From an uncultured euryarchaeote (lineage in GTDB: Archaea > Thermoplasmatota > Poseidoniia > Poseidoniales > Poseidoniaceae), in the NCBI GenBank assembly GCA_937899865.1, contig CALBRH010000013.1, positions 1 to 64,000 on the forward strand: DNA of 64,000 nucleotides, written 5' to 3'. Shown piece after piece: positions 7,713 to 16,162 of this stretch. The notes under the pieces are model-generated. The model did no database searches and was not told the origin of the DNA. It worked only from the letters and a program-made list of their open reading frames with translations. How positions within the stretch are numbered: the first letter of the stretch is position 1; every line of letters starts with the position of its first letter. The position numbers were made by a program, and so were the translations under genes.

Positions 7713-8879
7713 TTGAGCGAAAAAGTTTCACTTACTTTAGTTGGCAATAATTCTAAACCAGCCAAAATTCACAATTTGATTAAGGCGCCCGCTAATACTC
7801 CGTGGGCCAAAGAAAAGCAACAATCGTGGGATGCAAATAAACCAGCCACAGTTTATGTTACTCCAGAAACATTGCCAGATGGCACTCCTTGTAGTGCAGT
7901 GACAGTGATTTTACGAACCAAAGGGTGCCATTGGTGGTGGTCAAGTGGGTGTACATTTTGCGGCTATTTTAATGACACAAGAGATGATGTAACCAATGAA
8001 AATCTTCACTCTCAATGGGAACTAGCTAAACAAAAATATGATGATTTCAAAGACCAACAAATGGTAAAAATTTACACATCTGGTTCACTTCTTGAAGACA
8101 GAGAAATTCCTGTGGAATTTCAAGAGACAGTTCTTCGTGACTGTTATGATTTGGGCAAGGAACTTATCGTTGAGAGTAGATGTGAACAATTAACCGAAGA
8201 AAAGTTATCATGGGCGACCTCAATCAATCCTTCATTTACCGTTGCAATAGGCTTAGAGGCTTATGATGATGAAGTGCTTCGCTTTCACGTCAACAAAGGA
8301 TTTTCAACAAAATCATGGGATAAAGCGGTAGAAAATCTACGTAAATTTAACCTTAGAGTGAAAACCTATCTTATGTTCAAGCCACCGTTTATGTCGGAAA
8401 AAGACGCATTGGAACACGGTGTGAGATGGATAAGAGACGTTGCTTCACGAAGTGATGAGATTTCAGTTAATCCTATGAATATTCAAAGAGGTACAATCAT
8501 CGATAGATTGCATAGGCATAATGAGTACCGGCCACCATGGCTATGGTCGTTGGTTGAAATGATAAAGCAAGCACACCCATACATCTATCCAAAAGGTGGC
8601 GTCAATGGTTCTCCTGATCAAATCTGTCGTTTGATAATCCACCCTACAGCAGGTGGGAAAATTCGCGGAGCTCACAATTGCGGAAGTTGTGACAAATCAG
8701 TGGTTGCAGCAATAGAGAGATATGCAGTAAGCGGCGATCTTAGAGAATTCGATGGCCTTTCATGTGAATGTCAAGCAATTTGGCAAGAAGAACTGAACTT
8801 GGAATCAGCCTTGCCACTTCCGCTTGGAATCTCACAGCCAAGAAGGGGTAACAGAGTTGAAAACCTGCGTTCCCTATGA
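7713..8879 (+). CDS. raSEA: Archaeosine biosynthesis radical SAM protein RaSEA
   Basis: ILRTKGCHWWWSSGCTFCGY cluster motif (CX7CX2C), KIYTSGS, GLEA, RPPWLWS and RGAHNCGSCD are characteristic of this family. Confidence 0.88.
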   Translation: MSEKVSLTLVGNNSKPAKIHNLIKAPANTPWAKEKQQSWDANKPATVYVTPETLPDGTPCSAVTVILRTKGCHWWWSSGCTFCGYFNDTRDDVTNENLHSQWELAKQKYDDFKDQQMVKIYTSGSLLEDREIPVEFQETVLRDCYDLGKELIVESRCEQLTEEKLSWATSINPSFTVAIGLEAYDDEVLRFHVNKGFSTKSWDKAVENLRKFNLRVKTYLMFKPPFMSEKDALEHGVRWIRDVASRSDEISVNPMNIQRGTIIDRLHRHNEYRPPWLWSLVEMIKQAHPYIYPKGGVNGSPDQICRLIIHPTAGGKIRGAHNCGSCDKSVVAAIERYAVSGDLREFDGLSCECQAIWQEELNLESALPLPLGISQPRRGNRVENLRSL

Positions 8880-8935
8880 CATATTTTCAGATTTACCTTA
8901 GTGAATGTTTATCATCACTCTACTAGTGGGTTGGC

Positions 8936-8954
8936 TTGACCCCTACGGGGTCAA
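8936..8954. promoter_or_regulatory. Perfect inverted repeat just upstream of the 8969 operon (possible operator or hairpin)
   Basis: ttgacccc-tac-ggggtcaa, ending 14 nt before the ATG at 8969. Confidence 0.4.
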
Positions 8955-8968
8955 ACGGGTGAGACTAA

Positions 8969-9238
8969 ATGAATAATTCAATACTACCAGATGTGACTGT
9001 TGGTTCAGGGCAACCATCGATGGGGAGAGTAGCACTAACTCTGATGTTTGTTGGAGTCTTCGGTTTATTTGCTCTTTTTGCTAATATTTTTGGTTGGGAC
9101 TCAATGCCAATTCTTGGCGACATAGTTCCATTCATTGGGAACTTGGGTGGTAGTGGAATTTGGTATTATCTGGTCGGCCTGTTAATTGGAATCGGAGTTA
9201 TCGTTGCAACACTTATCGGCGAGGTAGTCGTTGAATAA
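8969..9238 (+). CDS. Small hypothetical membrane protein
   Basis: 89 aa, 2-3 Gly-rich hydrophobic segments; 14-nt gap to the next gene, which has a GGAGG SD. Confidence 0.7.
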   Translation: MNNSILPDVTVGSGQPSMGRVALTLMFVGVFGLFALFANIFGWDSMPILGDIVPFIGNLGGSGIWYYLVGLLIGIGVIVATLIGEVVVE

Positions 9239-9252
9239 ATGGAGGATTTATC

Positions 9253-11433
9253 ATGGAACCAGTATTTGTAGCATCGGCAATTTTACTTTCAATCCTGATT
9301 ATCGTTTCATATTATGTCACTAATGGTATAGGGACAATGGGCGCACCAATGCGCCAGTTTGCGTTATTTTTGATGAATAAAGCACCAGTCGGCCTAGTTG
9401 ATTTGTTCAAAGATGAGCCGGGTAGCGGTAGTCGCACTTGGATAAAATATGGCGCAGGCTGGTTTTTACTTGCTACAATTTGCGGATTTATCGGAATCTG
9501 GCACAAGTACGATCCAACCGCATTAGATTCACTTGCAAGCATTGGCTGGTCATATGATGACGGTTCTGCTTTAGCAGATTTCACCACCGCTGTCATGGGT
9601 ATTTCATTCACCTATCTGCTGGTTGGTGGCTGTTTAGTTGCGGTTTCAAGGACTGCAAATAACCGCTTGGCAAGTGAGGCAAATGCTTCGATGGTTGCAT
9701 TATTGTATACTGCTTCCATGATATTCAGTCTAATTCTTATCCCAATTATTTTCAGGTTTGTAGATATTACAGATGAGCAAAGTATTCGAGATTTGATTAC
9801 TTTAATGACCACCTATGTAGTTTCAAGTCTATTATTTGCAGCACTTCTAATGAATGTATTAGCGACCTATTCAACTAGGGCAGAGGGAACCACTTCCATT
9901 ACTGCATGGTTTTTGATTATGGCAATAGTTGCAAAATTAGTCGGCTCATTGTATCATGTGTTTGGTGAAGCAACCGATAACACGCAGATGGTTTGGCTTT
10001 CCGAGAGAGTCTTGGATGGTTGGGTGCCATTAGCGTTAATTTTCGCTCTTGCATACCATGTAATACCTCATGCTGCTAAAGCACCAGTTTGGTCTGGCTC
10101 ACTGCTAAATGCTAACATGATTTTGCTATTTGTTACCGTTCCACCATTCTTCATGACTGAGGCAAATGCTGGAGAATTACTTCAGAATGTTGGAGCATTA
10201 TTGTTAACATTCTCAATGCTTCCTTTGTTTGCTGGAGCGATTAACTTACTTGCAACTGCATCCGCAAATTCTAGTAATATTTTGAAGAATCCAGGAGCGC
10301 TTTCTGCTACTTTAGCTATGTTCTTATTGCCAATTTTTGCAGTAGGAAGCTACTTCACCAGTATGGATATTTTGACAGGGACTGATAAAATGCTAACGAT
10401 GTCTTCAACTCTCGATGATGGATTTATGTTTACAGTTGGCGGTTTGATGATGTTATCAGCTATGTTTTCATCATATCCATTGGCAGCCGGAAAGAAGTTA
10501 GCAGAACCCTCAAGAGGCAATATGGCGACATGGTTCATGATGTTTGGTGGCTTAGCTGCTACAATCACAATGCTGATTGGCAATTTTACCGAGAAGGCTG
10601 TTTTGGATTCAGGTGTAGAAGATGTTGTAGCATCAACCTCCGGCTTTTACTTAACCGCAGCAGCAATGTTCTACCTTGTAGCCATTTCAGTAATTTTGGC
10701 AACACTTGTATTGATTAGAACCAGTACATCCTCTCAGAATGTGGAAGAAATCACTTCATCCGAATCAGATGTTATGACATATACATTAGTAGGAGGAACT
10801 ACTACTACAATTCAACAATTAATTGGTAGAGGAGTTGGAGTAAATACCACTTTAGTTGTAGGTGAGTCAGTTAATGATGAAGGGGGCTCAACAGTAATTG
10901 CGGTTTCAGCAACTCTACACAATGACGAAGTAACCGAATTCCCTGAACAAGAAACAGTAGAGGAAACCGATGATTCAGAAGATGTTAAAGGACCGGATAA
11001 GGAACTAATAATGCTGGTAGATTACCTAAAGAAGACCAACCAATCAGTGTTTGAATTCTTTAGGTCAATTGATCTTGACGACTCGGGAAGTATAGATGGA
11101 TTTGAATTCCAACAAGCATTGATCTCCAGTGATGTTGGCGAATATCCACCTTGGGAATTAGAAGGACTTGTAGCCGCAATAGACCTTGACAAAGATGGCA
11201 AGATAAATCTTCCAGAGTTGGACATTGCTCTTGCACGAATTGCTGCAACGTACAATTCATCTGATGAGGTCGAAGAAACACCAACTGATACATCCGATGA
11301 TTCATCTTCAGAGCATACTGAGGCATCATTGAGTAAACTCAAGAAAGCAGAATTGATTGAAATCGCCAAGGAAATGGGTGTTTCAACCTCTGGAACAAAG
11401 AGTGACTTAGTTGCTGCAATCTTGAGTGCTTGA
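9253..11433 (+). CDS. Multi-TM protein resembling heme-copper oxidase subunit I, with C-terminal EF-hand pair and SAP/Rho-N-like domain
   Basis: ~13 TM segments; YHVIPHAAKAPVWSGSL resembles CcoN YYFVPKQAERPVYS; EF loops DLDDSGSIDGFEF and DLDKDGKINLPEL; C-terminal LSKLKKAELIEIAKEMGVSTSGTKSDLV. Confidence 0.7.
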   Translation: MEPVFVASAILLSILIIVSYYVTNGIGTMGAPMRQFALFLMNKAPVGLVDLFKDEPGSGSRTWIKYGAGWFLLATICGFIGIWHKYDPTALDSLASIGWSYDDGSALADFTTAVMGISFTYLLVGGCLVAVSRTANNRLASEANASMVALLYTASMIFSLILIPIIFRFVDITDEQSIRDLITLMTTYVVSSLLFAALLMNVLATYSTRAEGTTSITAWFLIMAIVAKLVGSLYHVFGEATDNTQMVWLSERVLDGWVPLALIFALAYHVIPHAAKAPVWSGSLLNANMILLFVTVPPFFMTEANAGELLQNVGALLLTFSMLPLFAGAINLLATASANSSNILKNPGALSATLAMFLLPIFAVGSYFTSMDILTGTDKMLTMSSTLDDGFMFTVGGLMMLSAMFSSYPLAAGKKLAEPSRGNMATWFMMFGGLAATITMLIGNFTEKAVLDSGVEDVVASTSGFYLTAAAMFYLVAISVILATLVLIRTSTSSQNVEEITSSESDVMTYTLVGGTTTTIQQLIGRGVGVNTTLVVGESVNDEGGSTVIAVSATLHNDEVTEFPEQETVEETDDSEDVKGPDKELIMLVDYLKKTNQSVFEFFRSIDLDDSGSIDGFEFQQALISSDVGEYPPWELEGLVAAIDLDKDGKINLPELDIALARIAATYNSSDEVEETPTDTSDDSSSEHTEASLSKLKKAELIEIAKEMGVSTSGTKSDLVAAILSA

Positions 11434-11446
11434 TTGGAGATGGTGC

Positions 11447-12727
11447 ATGAAAATTGGCTTAGTCGGCAAACCGAATGTTGGTAAGTCGACATTTTTTTCT
11501 TCTGCTACTTTGGCAAAAGTAGACATTGCAAATTACCCATTTTGTACTATTGAGCCTAATGTAGGGGTGGCTTTTGTTGCAGCAAGGCTAGATTGTCCGT
11601 GTAAGGAATTACGTCAAAAATTGGAAGCTGATGGTAGGTTAGAGCCGATTAGTGAAGAAGATCCGCGCAAAGGTAGTATTTGTCAGCCAAGAACTGGAAC
11701 TTGTGTTGGCTTCAAGCGATTAGTACCATGTTATCTGGTCGATGTAGCAGGTTTGGTCCCTGGAGCAAGTGAAGGAAGAGGCAGAGGCAATGCATTTTTA
11801 GCTGATTTATCAAATTGTGATGCACTTATCCAAGTGGTAGATGCTGCCGCATCAACAGATATTGAAGGCAACCCAATCTCTTCTAAAGGAACAATTGCAG
11901 AAGCATCTAATTCAATTCAAGAGGAGATTGATTTTTTAGAACTCGAATTGGATAATTGGATTCTTGGATTACTTGAAGATAGTTGGGCCCGAGGAGTAAG
12001 AAGAGTTCAATCAGAAGGTGAAAAAGGAATACTCAATTTTTTGCATGATAAGTTGACTGGAATTGGCTCTTCAATTACATTGGTTACCAAAGGTTTTGAA
12101 CAATTCAAAGTGCAACATAGTGATTCTACATCACCGTGGGACTGGGATAGAAATGTGCTACAATTATTGGCCCAGAACTTACGCAAGGAGCTATTTCCAA
12201 TTCATATTGCCGCCAATAAATCTGATATGTCAATATCTGGCGTTTTGAAATCTGTCAATACGAATGGGATTATTGTACCATGTATGGCGGATATGGAATT
12301 AGCACTTAGAAGAGCATCATCGGCGGGAATGATAGATTATCAAATCGGTTCAGATAAATTCACAATTTCAGATGATAGTAATTTGAATTCTCAACAACTT
12401 GAAGCATTAGGAAAAATGAGTGAAAAGTTAGCCTCAGTAGGCTCTACCGGAGTTGCAGATATTATTGACAAAGTTCTGTTTGACCAATTAAATCACATAG
12501 TAGTTTATCCAGTTCAAGATGAAAGTCAATGGACAGATGGAGATGGCAAAGTATTACCCGATGCATTTGTTGTACCACAAGGGATTACAGCCAAGCCACT
12601 TGCTTACAAAGTTCATAGCGATCTTGGAGACGGTTTCATCAAAGGGGTTGATGGAAGAACTCGTCGGACCGTAGGTGCTGATTATGAATTAAATAATGGT
12701 GACGTACTAAAGATTCACTCGAAATAA
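11447..12727 (+). CDS. ychF: YchF/OLA1-type (archaeal) P-loop ATPase/GTPase with C-terminal TGS domain
   Basis: IGLVGKPNVGKST, ANYPFCTIEPN, DVAGLVPGA, ANKSD, and TGS-like AYKVHSDLG...GDVLKI. Start moved to the ATG at 11447. Confidence 0.92.
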   Translation: MKIGLVGKPNVGKSTFFSSATLAKVDIANYPFCTIEPNVGVAFVAARLDCPCKELRQKLEADGRLEPISEEDPRKGSICQPRTGTCVGFKRLVPCYLVDVAGLVPGASEGRGRGNAFLADLSNCDALIQVVDAAASTDIEGNPISSKGTIAEASNSIQEEIDFLELELDNWILGLLEDSWARGVRRVQSEGEKGILNFLHDKLTGIGSSITLVTKGFEQFKVQHSDSTSPWDWDRNVLQLLAQNLRKELFPIHIAANKSDMSISGVLKSVNTNGIIVPCMADMELALRRASSAGMIDYQIGSDKFTISDDSNLNSQQLEALGKMSEKLASVGSTGVADIIDKVLFDQLNHIVVYPVQDESQWTDGDGKVLPDAFVVPQGITAKPLAYKVHSDLGDGFIKGVDGRTRRTVGADYELNNGDVLKIHSK

Positions 12728-13114
12728 TCAGTGACCTTCAGGACGCTCATATTCAGGAGTTAATCGTGCCATATTTCCAGCAAAATGTGCACCTCTAATG
12801 ATAAACCAAACAGGCGCAAACAAGGTAAGTCCAATCAATAATAATAGGAAATAAAGGCCCCATGGCTCAACAGAACTAATGTACATGCCCCATAGCGTCC
12901 ATAGCACAGGTATGTACAGAAACATACTGTATCTTCTAGCTACAAGAGAAAGCCTTGCATTACGCAATTTGTCACTGTAGAGGTTTTCAATTTCATCCTC
13001 GGTTGCTATCTTCATATCAACAGCACAGCGAATACATACTTGTGCACGAGGACCATTTCCGTGAATGAATTGCTCACGCGAAAAAGTTCCTAAACAATAC
13101 CTGCAGGTTGGCAT
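12728..13114 (-). CDS. Hypothetical protein: N-terminal CxxC...CxxC Zn-finger plus 2 TM helices
   Basis: CRYC...CIRC followed by two hydrophobic helices. Confidence 0.65.
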   Translation of the reverse strand: MPTCRYCLGTFSREQFIHGNGPRAQVCIRCAVDMKIATEDEIENLYSDKLRNARLSLVARRYSMFLYIPVLWTLWGMYISSVEPWGLYFLLLLIGLTLFAPVWFIIRGAHFAGNMARLTPEYERPEGH

Positions 13115-13151
13115 TCTCTTCCCTCATGTTAAGGGAAATGGTCTTGATTCT

Positions 13152-15404
13152 TCAAGCATCCGATTGTAGAGCCAAAAATGAACTAATAATTTCAACCCCA
13201 TTAAGTGAACCGATAGATTCTGGATGGAATTGAACACCGTGTATTGGCATTGATTTATGCCTTAATCCCATAATTGAACCATTCTCATCATAGATGTTGG
13301 GGATTAATTGATTATTACTTTCACCGGCAACTAACAAAGAGTTGTACCTAACATATTGACTGGATTTATTGGCATTAGCAAAAAGTCCAGAACCATCACT
13401 TTGACAAGTCACCGGAGTGCCATGGATTGCACCGTTTGGATCCTTGATTAACTCATAACCGTCGACAACACCGATGGCTTGATGTCCTAAGCATACACCT
13501 AGAATTGGGACATCGAGTATGCCTTTAAGTGCCAAACTTGCAATTTCCATAGTTAGGACAGAATCTTGGGGTTTACCAGGGCCAGGCCCTAAGATAATAT
13601 GGGACGGAGAGTTTTGCCTAAGCATATCACGAATGACATTTGATGAAACGTAAGATTCAGACAATTTGTCCCTACCATTAACTACGCAAACATCATTCCC
13701 AAGACCAGCAATAACATGAGCGATATTCATCGTGAATGAATCAAGGTTATCGATAATTAATACCTTATTCGCAATGAACTCAGATTCAATATTCAAGTCA
13801 CTAAGATGTGTAACAACACCACAATTCACATACTCAAATTTATTTTCAATATCTAATGAAGTTCGTTCTAATTTTCCAACATTGGTCAAATCAAAATCAG
13901 AATTTAGCCACCCGCATGCTTTTCTAATCGCTTGTGATTTCCAGATTGCTTCTGCAACTTCCATTTCGGGGTCTGAACGTATGGTGATGCCTCCACCAGC
14001 TCCAATAACTCCCTGCCAGTTATTACCGCTTTTCCTCGCCTCTAAAGTACGAATAAGAATGTTCCATGAACAATTGTCAGTATGAGGGTCAAACCAGCCA
14101 ACTGAACCAGTCCAAAAAGATCTATTTGTCATTTCAATTTGGTCAATTGCTGCACAAACCATGGTTCTTGGACAACCAGTAATGCTACCACCTGGGAAAA
14201 TAGCACCAAGTGCATCGTTACAGGTATGCTTATCTAATAATTCACCATTGATGTGAGAGACTAAATGATGTACATTAGCATAGGACTCCACATCAAATCG
14301 TTCGACATTCACCGAGCCAACCTTGCAAATACTTGACAGGTCATTACGCATTAAATCAACCAACATACGGTGTTCAGAACGCTCCTTAACATCAGCAATC
14401 ATCGACGCAATCATCGCTAAATCTTCTGATTTATCTGAGCCACGAGTGACCGTTCCCTTTATTGGAGCTGTGGACAAAATTCTGTTATTGCAACGCAATA
14501 GTGTTTCAGGAGATGATGAAACAATTGCTAGTCCTAAATCAACCGCCTCTATATACGCAGAAAACGGTGCTGGATTTGTAATCGATAGCCTTTGAAAAAT
14601 AGTCAATGGTTTTTCAATTAATTTTCCAGACCAAAATCTTCCAAAGTTAACTTGATAGAACATACCATTAGCAATGGAATCTCTAATTTGTTGAATAAAA
14701 TGTATGTGCTGTTCATCATTAATCGAACTAGTTTCCTTATTGTTGTTATCTGGTTGTGGCGATAAATCAAAGTTTATTTCACCATTAGCAATCAAATCTT
14801 CAACCCTTTTTGTCCAATTGAGATTCTCGCCATAAACCGAATATTCATCATCCTTTATGGAATGAATGACATAATTATCAACCAACCAAAGCACTGCTAA
14901 AATTTCATTATTATTTGGCAATTTTTCTAATGAGATCGGTTGAGTCCATTGTATCATGTCGTATGCAATTGAACCAGCCCAAAATGCCCCATTTGGCAAG
15001 TATTCTTGAGCGTTAATGAATTCATATCGTGGCGTTAATTGTTTGAGTTTGTTCAATAACTCTCCTAAATTAGGTGCCGAGATAATATTTGAATGATACC
15101 AACACCCATGTTTCCATTCTTCAACTTCTGCAGTAAGAACCGGTTTTTGGGAAACCAATTCTATTTTACCTTCCATCGCGTTATTTGAATTATTAGGGAA
15201 TTGTGTATTTGGCTGTCTAATTACAATTCTTGCTTTACTCGGACCACATAAGATAGAATTTCTTGCAAGGTGCGTGGCTGGGCCTCCAGATTTGAAAATG
15301 ACTAGGTCGGGTGAGCCATATTTTATCGCACCATCACCAAGTAGGTTAGCGTCGATAAGTAATGATGCAAGCGCACTTACACCTTCTGCCCGGGGTTCTC
15401 GCAC
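13152..15404 (-). CDS. pabB: Fused chorismate-binding enzyme + glutamine amidotransferase (aminodeoxychorismate synthase PabB-PabA type)
   Basis: YQVNFGR, NPAPFSA, SSSPETLL, TAPIKGT, KERSEHRMLVDLMRNDL, FPGGSITGCP, GAGGGIT, then GATase IIDNLDSFT, GPGPGKP, GVCLGHQ, QFHPES. TrpEG is not excluded, but the adjacent PabC-like gene favours Pab. Confidence 0.85.
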   Translation of the reverse strand: MREPRAEGVSALASLLIDANLLGDGAIKYGSPDLVIFKSGGPATHLARNSILCGPSKARIVIRQPNTQFPNNSNNAMEGKIELVSQKPVLTAEVEEWKHGCWYHSNIISAPNLGELLNKLKQLTPRYEFINAQEYLPNGAFWAGSIAYDMIQWTQPISLEKLPNNNEILAVLWLVDNYVIHSIKDDEYSVYGENLNWTKRVEDLIANGEINFDLSPQPDNNNKETSSINDEQHIHFIQQIRDSIANGMFYQVNFGRFWSGKLIEKPLTIFQRLSITNPAPFSAYIEAVDLGLAIVSSSPETLLRCNNRILSTAPIKGTVTRGSDKSEDLAMIASMIADVKERSEHRMLVDLMRNDLSSICKVGSVNVERFDVESYANVHHLVSHINGELLDKHTCNDALGAIFPGGSITGCPRTMVCAAIDQIEMTNRSFWTGSVGWFDPHTDNCSWNILIRTLEARKSGNNWQGVIGAGGGITIRSDPEMEVAEAIWKSQAIRKACGWLNSDFDLTNVGKLERTSLDIENKFEYVNCGVVTHLSDLNIESEFIANKVLIIDNLDSFTMNIAHVIAGLGNDVCVVNGRDKLSESYVSSNVIRDMLRQNSPSHIILGPGPGKPQDSVLTMEIASLALKGILDVPILGVCLGHQAIGVVDGYELIKDPNGAIHGTPVTCQSDGSGLFANANKSSQYVRYNSLLVAGESNNQLIPNIYDENGSIMGLRHKSMPIHGVQFHPESIGSLNGVEIISSFLALQSDA

Positions 15405-16153
15405 AAATCAGTCCAGTTGTTGATGTTTGAATAATGTTGAGCGAGAATAGCTTGGCATTTATTGGCGATAATTGCACTCACATCACCTATTTGCACGCCA
15501 TCAATTGTGATTATTCGGCAACAACCGAGGCCAACTCCTAATGCAATAATCTCGGAACTTCGGGCAACCAATCGCTCATTTAACCGAGCATAATTTACTG
15601 GAATTCCCATTTCCTCAAAAGTTTCAGTTACAATTTCTAATGTTGTCCCATTTACTGATAAATTACTATCACTGATGTATGCCACACCATCTTCATCAAT
15701 CACGATAATACCGGCCCGGTCACTATCGATTATACAGTATTCATCAACTAGCAAAGCAATATCTGCGCCGGCTTCTTCTGCCAAGTTTTTTGCATCAATA
15801 TAAGGAGACCAATCGCCATGTTTAGTTCCGGTAATCTCACCTAACCATTTCTTTAATGGTAGCGTCATTGCATGGATTTCAGAATTTCTCACCTTTGGTA
15901 ATTGTCTTGATGTTAGTATGAATTGATTAGTTTCACATTCAAATTTGATATTCAGTAATTGAGTTTCGTTTGATTTGTCAGCATACTCAATCAAACGTCT
16001 AGAGATTAATTGTTCTATATTGTCTGGTAGTTCTATACGCAATCTTTTAGCATGATTTCTTAGGCGCAACATGTGTCTTGGGAAATCAGCAATTTTAGAA
16101 CCTCCATCCCATAATACCGTGGTAAAAACAGCGCTGCGAGGCTTGCTAGCCAT
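15377..16153 (-). CDS. Aminotransferase class IV (4-amino-4-deoxychorismate lyase-like)
   Basis: VFTT, FPRHMLRLRNHA (HxxRL), TKHGDW Lys; overlaps the pabB-like gene. Confidence 0.75.
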   Translation of the reverse strand: MASKPRSAVFTTVLWDGGSKIADFPRHMLRLRNHAKRLRIELPDNIEQLISRRLIEYADKSNETQLLNIKFECETNQFILTSRQLPKVRNSEIHAMTLPLKKWLGEITGTKHGDWSPYIDAKNLAEEAGADIALLVDEYCIIDSDRAGIIVIDEDGVAYISDSNLSVNGTTLEIVTETFEEMGIPVNYARLNERLVARSSEIIALGVGLGCCRIITIDGVQIGDVSAIIANKCQAILAQHYSNINNWTDLCENPGQKV

Positions 16154-16162
16154 AATTACACC

